DNA of 64,000 nucleotides from Auanema rhodensis (lineage: Eukaryota > Animalia > Nematoda). Numbering within the stretch: position 1 is the stretch's first letter; each line of letters opens with the position of its first letter. The translations under genes were made by a program, and so were the position numbers. The stretch covers positions 496,001 through 560,000 of the forward strand of contig CAXKVF010000075.1 of the NCBI GenBank assembly GCA_964057225.1, in the 5' to 3' direction. Below, piece by piece: positions 1 through 15,202 of this stretch. The notes under the pieces are model-generated. The model was not told where the DNA came from. It did not search any database and was given only the letters and a program-made list of their open reading frames with translations.

Positions 1-3000
1 CCCCATGTCCATATTAGTCTAAAAACAAATTTTTATTGATATTGGTGCATGGTAACCATGACTTTGAAATTTACGTGAACTTTAAATTATGCTAATTAAA
101 TGTACACGTGATGTGCACTTGGTATGTAACTCGCTTCACGTGAAAGATAAAGAGATGCGGTTTTCAAAATTAGATTCCCCATGTCCATATTAGTCTAAAA
201 ACAAATTTCTATTGATATTGGTTCATGGTAACCATGACTTTGAAATTTACGTGAACTTTAATTTATGCTAATTAAATGTACACGTGATGTGCACTTGGTA
301 TGTAACTCGCTTCACGTGAAAGATAAAGAGATGCGGTTTTCAAAATTAGATTCCCCATGTCCATATTAGTCTAAAAACAAATTTTTATTGATATTGGTGC
401 ATGGTAACCATGACTTTGAAATTTACGTGAACTTTAATTTATGCTAATTAAATGTACACGTGATGTGCACTTGGTATGTAACTCGCTTCACGTGAAAGAT
501 GAAGAGATGCGGTTTTCAAAATTAGATTCCCCATGTCCATATTAGTCTAAAAACAAATTTTTATTGATATTGGTGCATGGTAACCATGACTTTGAAATTT
601 ACGTGAACTTTAATTTATGCTAATTAAATGTACACGTGATGTGCACTTGGTATGTAACTCGCTTCACGTGAAAGATAAAGAGATGCGGTTATTGATACAC
701 TTGGTATGTAACTCGCTTCACGTGAAAGATAAAGAGATGCGGTTCTCAAAAGTAGATTCCCCATGTCCATATTAGTCTAAAAACAAATTTTTATTGATAT
801 TGGTGCATGGTAACCATGACTTTGAAATTTACGTGAACTTTAATTTATGCTAATTGAATGTACACGTGATGTGCACTTGGTATGTAACTCGCTTCACGTG
901 AAAGATAAAGAGATGCGGTTCTCAAAATTAGATTCCCCATGTCCATATTAGTCTAAAAACAAATTTTTATTGATATTGGTGCATGGTAACCATGACTTTG
1001 AAATTTACGTGAACTTTAATTTATGCTAATTGAATGTACACGTGATGTGCACTTGGTATGTAACTCGCTTCACGTGAAAGATAAAGAGATGCGGTTTTCA
1101 AGATTAGATTCCCCATGTCCATATTAGTCTAAAAACAAATTTTTATTGATATTGGTTCATGGTAACCATGACTTTGAAATTTACGTGAACTTTAATTTAT
1201 GCTAATTAAATGTACACGTGATGTGCACTTGGTATGTAACTCGCTTCACGTGAAAGATAAAGAGATGCGGTTTTCAAAATTAGATTCCCCATGTCCATAT
1301 TAGTCTAAAAACAAATTTTTATTGATATTGGTTCATGGTAACCATGACTTTGAAATTTACGTGAACTTTAATTTATGCTAATTAAATGTACACGTGATGT
1401 GCACTTGGTATGTAACTCGCTTCACGTGAAAGATAAAGAGATGCGGTTTTCAAAATTAGATTCCCCATGTCCATATTAGTCTAAAAACAAATTTTTATTG
1501 ATATTGGTTCATGGTAACCATGACTTTGAAATTTACGTGAACTTTAATTTATGCTAATTAAATGTACACGTGATGTGCACTTGGTATGTAACTCGCTTCA
1601 CGTGAAAGATAAAGAGATGCGGTTTTCAAAATTAGATTCCCCATGTCCATATTAGTCTAAAAACAAATTTTTATTGATATTGGTGCATGGTAACCATGAT
1701 TTTGAAATTTACGTGAACTTTAATTTATGCTAATTAAATGTACACGTGATGTGCACTTGGTATGTAACTCGCTTCACGTGAAAGATAAAGAGATGCGGTT
1801 TTCAAAATTAGATTCCCCATGTCCATATTAGTCTAAAAACAAATTTTTATTGATATTGGTTCATGGTAACCATGACTTTGAAATTTACGTGAACTTTAAT
1901 TTATGCTAATTAAATGTACACGTGATGTGCACTTGGTATGTAACTCGCTTCACGTGAAAGATAAAAAGATGCGGTTTTCAAAATTAGATTCCCCATGTCC
2001 ATATTAGTCTAAAAACAAATTTTTATTGATATTGGTGCATGGTAACCATGACTTTGAAATTTACGTGAACTTTAATTTATGCTAATTAAATGTACACGTG
2101 ATGTGCACTTGGTATGTAACTCGCTTCACGTGAAAGATAAAGAGATGCGGTTTTCAAAATTAGATTCCCCATGTCTATATTAGTCTAAAAACAAATTTTT
2201 ATTGATATTGGTTCATGGTAACCATGACTTTGAAATTTACGTGAACTTTAATTTATGCTAATTAAATGTACACGTGATGTGCACTTGGTATGTAACTCGC
2301 TTCACGTGAAAGATAAAGAGATGCGGTTTTCAAAATTAGATTCCCCATGTCCATATTAGTCTAAAAACAAATTTTTATTGATATTGGTGCATGGTAACCA
2401 TGACTTTGAAATTTACGTGAACTTTAAATTATGCTAATTAAATGTACACGTGATGTGCACTTGGTATGTAACTCGCTTCACGTGAAAGATAAAGAGATGC
2501 GGTTTTCAAAATTAGATTCCCCATGTCCATATTAGTCTAAAAACAAATTTTTATTGATATTGGTGCATGGTAACCATGACTTTGAAATTTACGTGAACTT
2601 TAATTTATGCTAATTAAATGTACACGTGATGTGCACTTGGTATGTAACTCGCATCACGTGAAAGATAAAGAGATGCGGTTTCCAAAATTAGATTCCCCAT
2701 GTCCATATTAGTCTAAAAACAAATTTTTATTGATATTGGTTCATGGTAACCATGACTTTGAAATTTACGTGAACTTTAATTTATGCTAATTAAATGTACA
2801 CGTGATGTGCACTTGGTATGTAACTCGCTTCACGTGAAAGATAAAGAGATGCGGTTTTCAAAATTAGATTCCCCATGTCCATATTAGTCTAAAAACAAAT
2901 TTTTATTGATATTGGTGCATGGTAACCATGACTTTGAAATTTACGTTAACTTTAATTTATGCTAATTAAATGTACACGTGATGTGCACTTGGTATGTAAC

Positions 3001-6000
3001 TCGCTTCACGTGAAAGATAAAGAGATGCGGTTTTCAAAATTAGATTCCCCATGTCCATATTAGTCAAAAAACAAATTTTTATTGATATTGGTGCATGGTA
3101 ACCATGACTTTGAAGTTTACGTGAACTTTAATTCATGCTAATTAAATGTACACGTGATGTGCACTTGGTATGTAACTCGCTTCACGTGAAAGATAAAGAG
3201 ATGCGGTTTTCAAAATTAGATTCCCGTGATGTGCACTTGGTATGTAACTCGCTTCACGTGAAAGATAAAAAGATGCGGTTTTCAAAATTAGATTCTCCAT
3301 GTCCATATTAGTCTAAAAACAAATTTTTATTGATATTGGTGCATGGTAACCATGACTTTGAAATTTACGTGAACTTTAATTTATGCTAATTAAATGTACA
3401 CGTGATGTGCACTTGGTATGTAACTCGCTTCGCGTGAAAGATAAAGAGATGCGGTTTTCAAAATTAGATTCCCCATGTCCATATTAGTCTAAAAACAAAT
3501 TTTTATTGATATTGGTTCATGGTAACCATGACTTTGAAATTTACGTGAACTTTAATTTATGCTAATTAAATGTACACGTGATGTGCACTTGGTATGTAAC
3601 TCGCTTCACGTGAAAGCTAAAGAGATGCGGTTTTCAAAATTAGATTCCCCATGTCCATATTAGTCTAAAAACAAATTTTTATTGATATTGGTTCATGGTA
3701 ACCATGACTTTGAAATTTACGTGAACTTTAATTTATGCTAATTAAATGTACACGTGATGTGCACTTGGTATGTAACTCGCTTCACGTGAAAGATAAAGAG
3801 ATACGGTTTTCAAAATTAGATTCCCCATGTCGATATTAGTCTAAAAACAAGTTTTTATTGATATTGGTGCATGGTAACCATGACTTTGAAATTTACGTGA
3901 ACTTTGATTTATGCTAATTAAATGTACACGTGATGTGCACTTGGTATGTAACTCGCTTCACGTGAAAGATAAAGAGATGCGGTTTTCAAAATTAGATTCC
4001 CCATCTCCATATTAGTCTAAAAACAAATTTTTATTGATATTGGTGCATGGTAACCATGACTTTGAAATTTACGTGAACTTTGATTTATGCTAATTAAATG
4101 TACACGTGATGTGCACTTGGTATGTAACTCGCTTCACGTGAAAGATAAAAAGATGCGGTTTTCAAAATTAGATTCCCCATGTCCATATTATTCTAAAAAC
4201 AAATTTTTATTGATATTGGTTCATGGTAACCATGACTTTGAAATTTACGTGAACTTTAATTTATGCTAATTAAATGTACACGTGATGTGCACTTGGTATG
4301 TAACTCGCTTCACGTAAAAGCTAAAGAGATGCGGTTTTCAAAATTAGATTCCCCATGTCCATATTAGTCTAAAAACAAATTTTTATTGATATTGGTTCAT
4401 GGTAACCATGACTTTGAAATTTACGTGAACTTTAATTTATGCTAATTAAATGTACACGTGATGTGCACTTGGTATGTAACTCGCTTCACGTGAAAGATAA
4501 AGAGATGCGGTTCTCAAAATTAGATTCCCCATGTCCATATTAGTCTAAAAACAAATTTTTATTGATATTGGTTCATGGTAACCATGACTTTGAAATTTAC
4601 GTGAACTTTAATTTATGCTAATTAAATGTACACGTGATGTGCACTTGGTATGTAACTCGCTTCACGTGAAAGATAAAGAGATGCGGTTTTCAAAATTAGA
4701 TTCCCCATCTCCATATTAGTCTAAAAACAAATTTTTATTGATATTGGTGCATGGTAACCATGACTTTGAAATTTACGTGAACTTTGATTTATGCTAATTA
4801 AATGTACACGTGATGTGCACTTGGTATGTAACTCGCTTCACGTGAAAGATAAAAAGATGCGGTTTTCAAAATTAGATTCCCCATGTCCATATTAGTCTAA
4901 AAACAAATTTTTATTGATATTGGTTCATGGTAACCATGACTTTGAAATTTACGTGAACTTTAATTTATGCTAATTAAATGTACACGTGATGTGCACTTGG
5001 TATGTAACTCGCTTCACGTAAAAGCTAAAGAGATGCGGTTTTCAAAATTAGATTCCCCATGTCCATATTAGTCTAAAAACAAATTTTTATTGATATTGGT
5101 TCATGGTAACCATGACTTTGAAATTTACGTGAACTTTAATTTATGCTAATTAAATGTACACGTGATGTGCACTTGGTATGTAACTCGCTTCACGTGAAAG
5201 ATAAAGAGATGCGGTTCTCAAAATTAGATTCCCCATGTCCATATTAGTCTAAAAACAAATTTTTATTGATATTGGTTCATGGTAACCATGACTTTGAAAT
5301 TTACGTGAACTTTAATTTATGCTAATTAAATGTACACGTGATGTGCACTTGGTATGTAACTCGCTTCACGTGAAAGATAAAGAGATGCGGTTCTCAAAAT
5401 TAGATTCCCCATGTCCATATTAGTCTAAAAACAAATTTTTATTGATATTGGTGCATGGTAACCATGACTTTGAAATTTACGTGAACTTTAATTTATGCTA
5501 ATTGAATGTACACGTGATGTGCACTTGGTATGTAACTCGCTTCACGTGAAAGATAAAGAGATACGGTTTTCAAAATTAGATTCCCCATGTCGATATTAGT
5601 CTAAAAACAAGTTTTTATTGATATTGGTTCATGGTAACCATGACTTTGAAATTTACGTGAACTTTAATTTATGCTAATTGAATGTACACGTGATGTGCAC
5701 TTGGTATGTAACTCGCTTCACGTGAAAGATAAAGAGATGCGGTTTTCAAAATTAGATTCCCCATCTCCATATTAGTCTAAAAACAAATTTTTATTGATAT
5801 TGGTGCATGGTAACCATGACTTTGAAATTTACGTGAACTTTGATTTATGCTAATTAAATGTACACGTGATGTGCACTTGGTATGTAACTCGCTTCACGTG
5901 AAAGATAAAAAGATGCGGTTTTCAAAATTAGATTCCCCATGTCCATATTAGTCTAAAAACAAATTTTTATTGATATTGGTTCATGGTAACCATGACTTTG

Positions 6001-9000
6001 AAATTTACGTGAACTTTAATTTATGCTAATTAAATGTACACGTGATGTGCACTTGGTATGTAACTCGCTTCACGTAAAAGCTAAAGAGATGCGGTTTTCA
6101 AAATTAGATTCCCCATGTCCATATTAGTCTAAAAACAAATTTTTATTGATATTGGTTCATGGTAACCATGACTTTGAAATTTACGTGAACTTTAATTTAT
6201 GCTAATTAAATGTACACGTGATGTGCACTTGGTATGTAACTCGCTTCACGTGAAAGATAAAGAGATGCGGTTCTCAAAAGTAGATTCCCCATGTCCATAT
6301 TAGTCTAAAAACAAATTTTTATTGATATTGGTGCATGGTAACCATGACTTTGAAATTTACGTGAACTTTAATTTATGCTAATTGAATGTACACGTGATGT
6401 GCACTTGGTATGTAACTCGCTTCACGTGAAAGATAAAGAGATACGGTTTTCAAAATTAGATTCCCCATGTCCATATTAGTCTAAAAACAAGTTTTTATTG
6501 ATATTGGTTCATGGTAACCATGACTTTGAAATTTACGTGAACTTTGATTTATGCTAATTAAATGTACACGTGATGTGCACTTGGTATGTAACTCGCTTCA
6601 CGTGAAAGATAAAAAGATGCGGTTTTCAAAATTAGATTCCCCATGTCCATATTAGTCTAAAAACAAGTTTTTATTGATATTGGTTCATGGTAACCATGAC
6701 TTTGAAATTTACGTGAACTTTGATTTATGCTAATTAAATGTACACGTGATGTGCACTTGGTATATAACTCGCTTCACGTGAAAGATAAAAAGATGCGGTT
6801 TTCAAAATTAGATTCCCCATGTCCATATTAATCTAAAAACAAATTTTTATTGATATTGGTGCATGGTAACCATGACTTTGAAATTTACGTGAACTTTAAT
6901 TTATGCTAATTAAATGTACACGTGATGTGCACTTGGTATGTAACTCGCTTCACGTGAAAGATAAAGAGATGCGGTTTTCAAAATTAGATTCCCCATCTCC
7001 ATATTAGTCTAAAAACAAATTTTTATTGATATTGGTGCATGGTAACCATGACTTTGAAATTTACGTGAACTTTGATTTATGCTAATTAAATGTACACGTG
7101 ATGTGCACTTGGTATGTAACTCGCTTCACGTGAAAGATAAAGAGATGCGGTTTTCAAAATTAGATTCCCCACGTCCATATTAGTCTAAAAACAAATTTTT
7201 ATTGATATTGGTGCATGGTAACCATGACTTTGAAATTTACGTGAACTTTAATTTATGCTAATTAAATGTACACGTGATGTGCACTTGGTATGTAACTCGC
7301 TTCACGTGAAAGATAAAGAGATGCGGTTTTCAAAATTAGATCCCCCATGTCCATATTAGTCTAAAAACAAATTTTTATTGATATTGGTGCATGGTAACCA
7401 TGACTTTGAAATTTACGTGAACTTTAATTTATGCTAATTAAATGTACACGTGATGTGCACTTGGTATGTAACTCGCTTCACGTGAAAGATAAAGAGATGC
7501 GGTTCTCAAAATTAGATTCCCCATGTCCATATTAGTCTAAAAACAAATTTTTATTGATATTGGTGCATGGTAACCATGACTTTGAAATTTACGTGAACTT
7601 TGATTTATGCTAATTAAATGTACACGTGATGTGCACTTGGTATGTAACTCGCTTCACGTGAAAGATAAAGAGATGCGGTTTTCAAAATTAGATTCCCCAC
7701 GTCCATATTAGTCTAAAAACAAATTTTTATTGATATTGGTGCATGGTAACCATGACTTTGAAATTTACGTGAACTTTAATTTATGCTAATTAAATGTACA
7801 CGTGATGTGCACTTGGTATGTAACTCGCTTCACGTGAAAGATAAAGAGATGCGGTTTTCAAAATTAGATCCCCCATGTCCATATTAGTCTAAAAACAAAT
7901 TTTTATTGATATTGGTGCATGGTAACCATGACTTTGAAATTTACGTGAACTTTAATTTATGCTAATTAAATGTACACGTGATGTGCACTTGGTATGTAAC
8001 TCGCTTCACGTGAAAGATAAAGAGATGCGGTTTTCAAAATTAGATTCCCCATGTCCATATTAGTCTAAAAACAAATTTTTATTGATATTGGTGCATGGTA
8101 ACCATGACTTTGAAATTTACGTGAACTTTAATTTATGCTAATTGAATGTACACGTGATGTGCACTTGGTATGTAACTCGCTTCACGTGAAAGATAAAGAG
8201 ATGCGGTTTTCAAAATTAGATTCCCCATGTCCATATTAGTCTAAAAACAAATTTTTATTGATATTGGTTCATGGTAACCATGACTTTGAAATTTACGTGA
8301 ACTTTAATTTATGCTAATTAAATGTACACGTGATGTGCACTTGGTATGTAACTCGCTTCACGTGAAAGATAAAGAGATGCGGTTTTCAAAATTAGATTCC
8401 CCATGTCCATATTAGTCTAAAAACAAATTTTTATTGATATTGGTTCATGGTAACCATGACTTTGAAATTTACGTGAACTTTAATTTATGCTAATTAAATG
8501 TACACGTGATGTGCACTTGGTATGTAACTCGCTTCACGTGAAAGATAAAAAGATGCGGTTTTCAAAATTAGATTCCCCATGTCCATATTAGTCTAAAAAC
8601 AAATTTTTATTGATATTGGTGCATGGTAACCATGACTTTGAAATTTACGTGAACTTTAATTTATGCTAATTAAATGTACACGTGATGTGCACTTGTTATG
8701 TAACTCGCTTCACGTGAAAGATAAAGAGATGCGGTTTTCAAAATTAGATTCCCCATGTCCATATTATTCTAAAAACAAATTTTTATCGATATTGGTTCAT
8801 GGTAACCATGACTTTGAAATTTACGTGAACTTTAATTTATGCTAATTAAATGTACACGTGATGTGCACTTGGTATGTAACTCGCTTCACGTGAAAGATAA
8901 AGAGATGCGGTTTTCAAAATTAGATTCCCCATGTCCATATTAGTCTAAAAACAAATTTTTATTGATATTGGTGCATGGTAACCATGACTTTGAAATTTAC

Positions 9001-12000
9001 GTGAACTTTAATTTATGCTAATTAAATGTACACGTGATGTGCACTTGGTATGTAACTCGCTTCAAGTGAAAGATAAAGAGATGCGGTTTTCAAAATTAGA
9101 TTCCCCATGTCCATATTAGTCTAAAAACAAATTTTTATTGATATTGGTTCATGGTAACCATGACTTTGAAATTTACGTGAACTTTAATTTATGCTAATTA
9201 AATGTACACGTGATGTGCACTTGGTATGTAACTCGCTTCACGTGAAAGATGAAGAGATGCGGTTTTCAAAATTAGATTCCCCATGTCCATATTAGTCTAA
9301 AAACAAATTTTTATTGATATTGGTGCATGGTAACCATGACTTTGAAATTTACGTGAACTTTAATTTATGCTAATTAAATGTACACGTGATGTGCACTTGG
9401 TATGTAACTCGCTTCACGTGAAAGATAAAGAGATGCGGTTTTCAAAATTAGATTCCCCATGTCCATATTAGTCTAAAAACAAATTTTTATTGATATTGGT
9501 GCATGGTAACCATGACTTTGAAATTTACGTGAACTTTAATTTATGCTAATTGAATGTACACGTGATGTGCACTTGGTATGTAACTCGCTTCACGTGAGAG
9601 ATAAAGAGATGCGGTTTTCAAAATTAGATTCCCCATCTCCATATTAGTCTAAAAACAAATTTTTATTGATATTGGTGCATGGTAACCATGACTTTGAAAT
9701 TTACGTGAACTTTAATTTATGCTAATCAAATGTACACGTGATGTGCACTTGGTATGTAACTCGCTTCACGTGAAAGATAAAGAGATGCGGTTTTCAAAAT
9801 TAGATTCCCCATGTCCATATTAGTCAAAAAACAAATTTTTATTGATATTGGTGCATGGTAACCATGACTTTGAAGTTTACGTGAACTTTAATTTATGCTA
9901 ATTAAATGTACACGTGATGTGCACTTGGTATGTAACTCGCTTCACGTGAAAGATAAAGAGATGCGGTTTTCAAAATTAGATTCCCCATGTCCATATTAGT
10001 CTAAAAACAAATTTTTATTGATATTGGTGCATGGTAACCATGACTTTGAAATTTACGTGAACTTTAATTTATGCTAATTGAATGTACACGTGATGTGCAC
10101 TTGGTATGTAACTCGCTTCACGTGAAAGATAAAGAGATGCGGTTTTCAAAATTAGATTCCCCATCTCCATATTAGTCTAAAAACAAATTTTTATTGATAT
10201 TGGTGCATGGTAACCATGACTTTGAAATTTACGTGAACTTTAATTTATGCTAATCAAATGTACACGTGATGTGCACTTGGTATGTAACTCGCTTCACGTG
10301 AAAGATAAAGAGATGCGGTTTTCAAAATTAGATTCCCCATGTCCATATTAGTCAAAAAACAAATTTTTATTGATATTGGTGCATGGTAACCATGACTTTG
10401 AAGTTTACGTGAACTTTAATTTATGCTAATTAAATGTACACGTGATGTGCACTTGGTATGTAACTCGCTTCACGTGAAAGATAAAAAGATGCGGTTTTCA
10501 AAAATAGATTCCCCATCTCCATATTAGTCTAAAAACAAATTTTTATTGATATTGGTGCATGGTAACCATGACTTTGAAATTTACGTGAACTTTAATTTAT
10601 GCTAATCAAATGTACACGTGATGTGCACTTGGTATGTAACTCGCTTCACGTGAAAGATAAAGAGATGCGGTTTTCAAAATTAGATTCCCCATCTCCATAT
10701 TAGTCTAAAAACAAATTTTTATTGATATTGGTGCATGGTAACCATGACTTTGAAATTTACGTGAACTTTAATTTATGCTAATCAAATGTACACGTGATGT
10801 GCACTTGGTATGTAACTCGCTTCACGTGAAAGATAAAGAGATGCGGTTTTCAAAATTAGATTCCCCATGTCCATATTAGTCTAAAAACAAATTTTTATTG
10901 ATATTGGTTCATGGTAACCATGACTTTGAAATTCACGTGAACTTTAATTTATGCTAATTAAATGTACACGTGATGTGCACTTGGTATGTAACTCGCTTCA
11001 CGTGAAAGATAAAGAGATGCGGTTTTCAAAATTAGATTCCCCATCTCCATATTAGTCTAAAAACAAATTTTTATTGATATTGGTGCATGGTAACCATGAC
11101 TTTGAAATTTACGTGAACTTTAATTTATGCTAATCAAATGTACACGTGATGTGCACTTGGTATGTAACTCGCTTCACGTGAAAGATAAAGAGATGCGGTT
11201 TTCAAAATTAGATTCCCCATCTCCATATTAGTCTAAAAACAAATTTTTATTGATATTGGTGCATGGTAACCATGACTTTGAAATTTACGTGAACTTTAAT
11301 TTATGCTAATCAAATGTACACGTGATGTGCACTTGGTATGTAACTCGCTTCACGTGAAAGATAAAGAGATGCGGTTTTCAAAATTAGATTCCCCATGTCC
11401 ATATTAGTCAAAAAACAAATTTTTATTGATATTGGTGCATGGTAACCATGACTTTGAAGTTTACGTGAACTTTAATTTATGCTAATTAAATGTACACGTG
11501 ATGTGCACTTGGTATGTAACTCGCTTCACGTGAAAGATAAAGAGATGCGGTTTTCAAAATTAGATTCCCCATGTCCATATTAGTCAAAAAACAAATTTTT
11601 ATTGATATTGGTGCATGGTAACCATGACTTTGAAATTTACGTGAACTTTAATTTATGCTAATCAAATGTACACGTGATGTGCACTTGGTATGTAACTCGC
11701 TTCACGTGAAAGATAAAGAGATGCGGTTTTCAAAATTAGATTCCCCATCTCCATATTAGTCTAAAAACAAATTTTTATTGATATTGGTGCATGGTAACCA
11801 TGACTTTGAAATTTACGTGAACTTTAATTTATGCTAATCAAATGTACACGTGATGTGCACTTGGTATGTAACTCGCTTCACGTGAAAGATAAAGAGATGC
11901 GGTTTTCAAAATTAGATTCCCCATGTCCATATTAGTCAAAAAACAAATTTTTATTGATATTGGTGCATGGTAACCATGACTTTGAAGTTTACGTGAACTT

Positions 12001-15000
12001 TAATTTATGCTAATTAAATGTACACGTGATGTGCACTTGGTATGTAACTCGCTTCACGTGAAAGATAAAGAGATGCGGTTTTCAAAATTAGATTCCCCAT
12101 TTCCATATTAGTCTAAAAACAAATTTTTATTGATATTGGTGCATGGTAACCATGACTTTGAAATTTACGTGAACTTTAATTTATGCTAATTGAATGTACA
12201 CGTGATGTGCACTTGGTATGTAACTCGCTTCACGTGAAAGATAAAGAGATGCGGTTTTCAAAATTAGATTCCCCATGTCCATATTAGTCTAAAAACAAAT
12301 TTTTATTGATATTGGTGCATGGTAACCATGACTTTGAAATTTACGTGAACTTTAATTTATGCTAATTAAATGTACACGTGATGTGCACTTGGTATGTAAC
12401 TCGCTTCACGTGAAAGATAAAAAGATGCGGTTTTCAAAATTAGATTCCCCATGTCCATATTAGTCTAAAAACAAATTTTTATTGATATTGGTTCATGGTA
12501 ACCATGACTTTGAAATTTACGTGAACTTTAATTTATGCTAATTAAATGTACACGTGATGTGCACTTGGTATGTAACTCGCTTCACGTGAAAGATGAAGAG
12601 ATGCGGTTTTCAAAATTAGATTCCCCATGTTCATATTAGTCTAAAAACAAATTTTTATTGATATTGGTGCATGGTAACCATGACTTTGAAATTTACGTGA
12701 ACTTTAATTTATGCTAATTAAATGTACACGTGATGTGCACTTGGTATGTAACTCGCTTCACGTGAAAGATGAAGAGATGCGGTTTTCAAAATTAGATTCC
12801 CCATGTCCATATTAGTCTAAAAACAAATTTTTATTGATATTGGTTCATGGTAACCATGACTTTGAAATTTACGTGAACTTTAATTTATGCTAATTAAATG
12901 TACACGTGATGTGCACTTGGTATGTAACTCGCTTCACGTGAAAGATAAAGAGATGCGGTTTTCAAAATTAGATTCCCCATGTCCATATTAGTCTAAAAAC
13001 AAATTTTTATTGATATTGGTTCATGGTAACCATGACTTTGAAATTTACGTGAACTTTAATTTATGCTAATTAAATGTACACGTGATGTGCACTTGGTATG
13101 TAACTCGCTTCACGTGGAAGATAAAGAGATGCGGTTTTCAAAATTAGATTCCCCATGTCCATATTAGTCTAAAAACAAGTTTTTATTGATATTGGTTCAT
13201 GGTAACCATGACTTTGAAATTTACGTGAACTTTGATTTATGCTAATTAAATGTACACGTGATGTGCACTTGGTATGTAACTCGCTTCACGTGAAAGATAA
13301 AAAGATGCGGTTTTCAAAATTAGATTCCCCATGTCCATATTAGTCTAAAAACAAGTTTTTATTGATATTGGTTCATGGTAACCATGACTTTGAAATTTAC
13401 GTGAACTTTGATTTATGCTAATTAAATGTACACGTGATGTGCACTTGGTATATAACTCGCTTCACGTGAAAGATAAAAAGATGCGGTTTTCAAAATTAGA
13501 TTCCCCATGTCCATATTAGTCTAAAAACAAATTTTTATTGATATTGGTGCATGGTAACCATGACTTTGAAATTTACGTGAACTTTAATTTATGCTAATTA
13601 AATGTACACGTGATGTGCACTTGGTATGTAACTCGCTTCACGTGAAAGATAAAGAGATGCGGTTTTCAAAATTAGATTCCCCATCTCCATATTAGTCTAA
13701 AAACAAATTTTTATTGATATTGGTGCATGGTAACCATGACTTTGAAATTTACGTGAACTTTGATTTATGCTAATTAAATGTACACGTGATGTGCACTTGG
13801 TATGTAACTCGCTTCACGTGAAAGATAAAAAGATGCGGTTTTCAAAATTAGATTCCCCATGTCCATATTAGTCTAAAAACAAATTTTTATTGATATTGGT
13901 TCATGGTAACCATGACTTTGAAATTTACGTGAACTTTAATTTATGCTAATTAAATGTACACGTGATGTGCACTTGGTATGCAACTCGCTTCACGTGAAAG
14001 ATAAAGAGATGCGGTTTTCAAAATTAGATTTCCCATGTCCATATTAGTCTAAAAACAAATTTTTATTGATATTGGTGCATGGTAACCATGACTTTGAAAT
14101 TTACGTGAACTTTAATTTATGCTAATTAAATGTACACGTGATGTGCACTTGGTATGTAACTCGCTTCACGTGAAAGATAAAGAGATGCGGTTTTCAAAAT
14201 TAGATTCCCCATGTCCATATTAGTCTAAAAACAAATTTTTATTGATATTGGTGCATGGTAACCATGACTTTGAAATTTACGTGAACTTTAATTTATGCTA
14301 ATTAAATGTACACGTGATGTGCACTTGGTATGTAACTCGCTTCACGTGAAAGATAAAGAGATGCGGTTTTCAAAATTAGATTCCCCACGTCCATATTAGT
14401 CTAAAAACAAATTTTTATTGATATTGGTGCATGGTAACCATGACTTTGAAATTACCGTGAACTTTAATTTATGCTAATTAAATGTACACGTGATGTGCAC
14501 TTGGTATGTAACTCGCTTCACGTGAAAGATAAAGAGATGCGGTTTTCAAAATTAGATCCCCCATGTCCATATTAGTCTAAAAACAAATTTTTATTGATAT
14601 TGGTGCATGGTAACCATGACTTTGAAATTTACGTGAACTTTAATTTATGCTAATTAAATGTACACGTGATGTGCACTTGGTATGTAACTCGCTTCACGTG
14701 AAAGATAAAGAGATGCGGTTTTCAAAATTAGATTCCCCATGTCCATATTAGTCTAAAAACAAATTTTTATTGATATTGGTGCATGGTAACCATGACTTTG
14801 AAATTTACGTGAACTTTAATTTATGCTAATTGAATGTACACGTGATGTGCACTTGGTATGTAACTCGCTTCACGTGAAAGATAAAGAGATGCGGTTTTCA
14901 AAATTAGATTCCCCATGTCCATATTAGTCTAAAAACAAATTTTTATTGATATTGGTTCATGGTAACCATGACTTTGAAATTTACGTGAACTTTAATTTAT

Positions 15001-15202
15001 GCTAATTAAATGTACACGTGATGTGCACTTGGTATGTAACTCGCTTCACGTGAAAGATAAAAAGATGCGGTTTTCAAAATTAGATTCCCCATGTCCATAT
15101 TAGTCTAAAAACAAATTTTTATTGATATTGGTGCATGGTAACCATGACTTTGAAATTTACGTGAACTTTAATTTATGCTAATTAAATGTACACGTGATGT
15201 GC
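1..15202 (+). repeat. 176-bp tandem satellite array, left arm (~86 monomer lengths; continues beyond window start)
   Basis: CCCCATGTCC recurs at 1, 177, 353 and so on (period 176). Monomers differ by only a few substitutions. Two shortened monomers lie near 691 and 3225. Confidence 0.99.
15198..15202 (+). other. Left target-site duplication TGTGC (or 4-bp GTGC, 15199-15202)
   Basis: The satellite normally reads GATGTGCACTT. The left flank ends GATGTGC and the right flank restarts (T)GTGCACTT. Confidence 0.93.

Noticed and set aside
14-19. TTAGTC resembles the nematode telomere repeat TTAGGC
   Set aside because: Single mismatched hexamer per monomer, never tandem; expected by chance.
106-113. 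ATCACGTG on the minus strand matches the budding-yeast CDEI consensus RTCACRTG
   Set aside because: It is a generic E-box. No CDEII/CDEIII arrangement is present and the context is not a point centromere.
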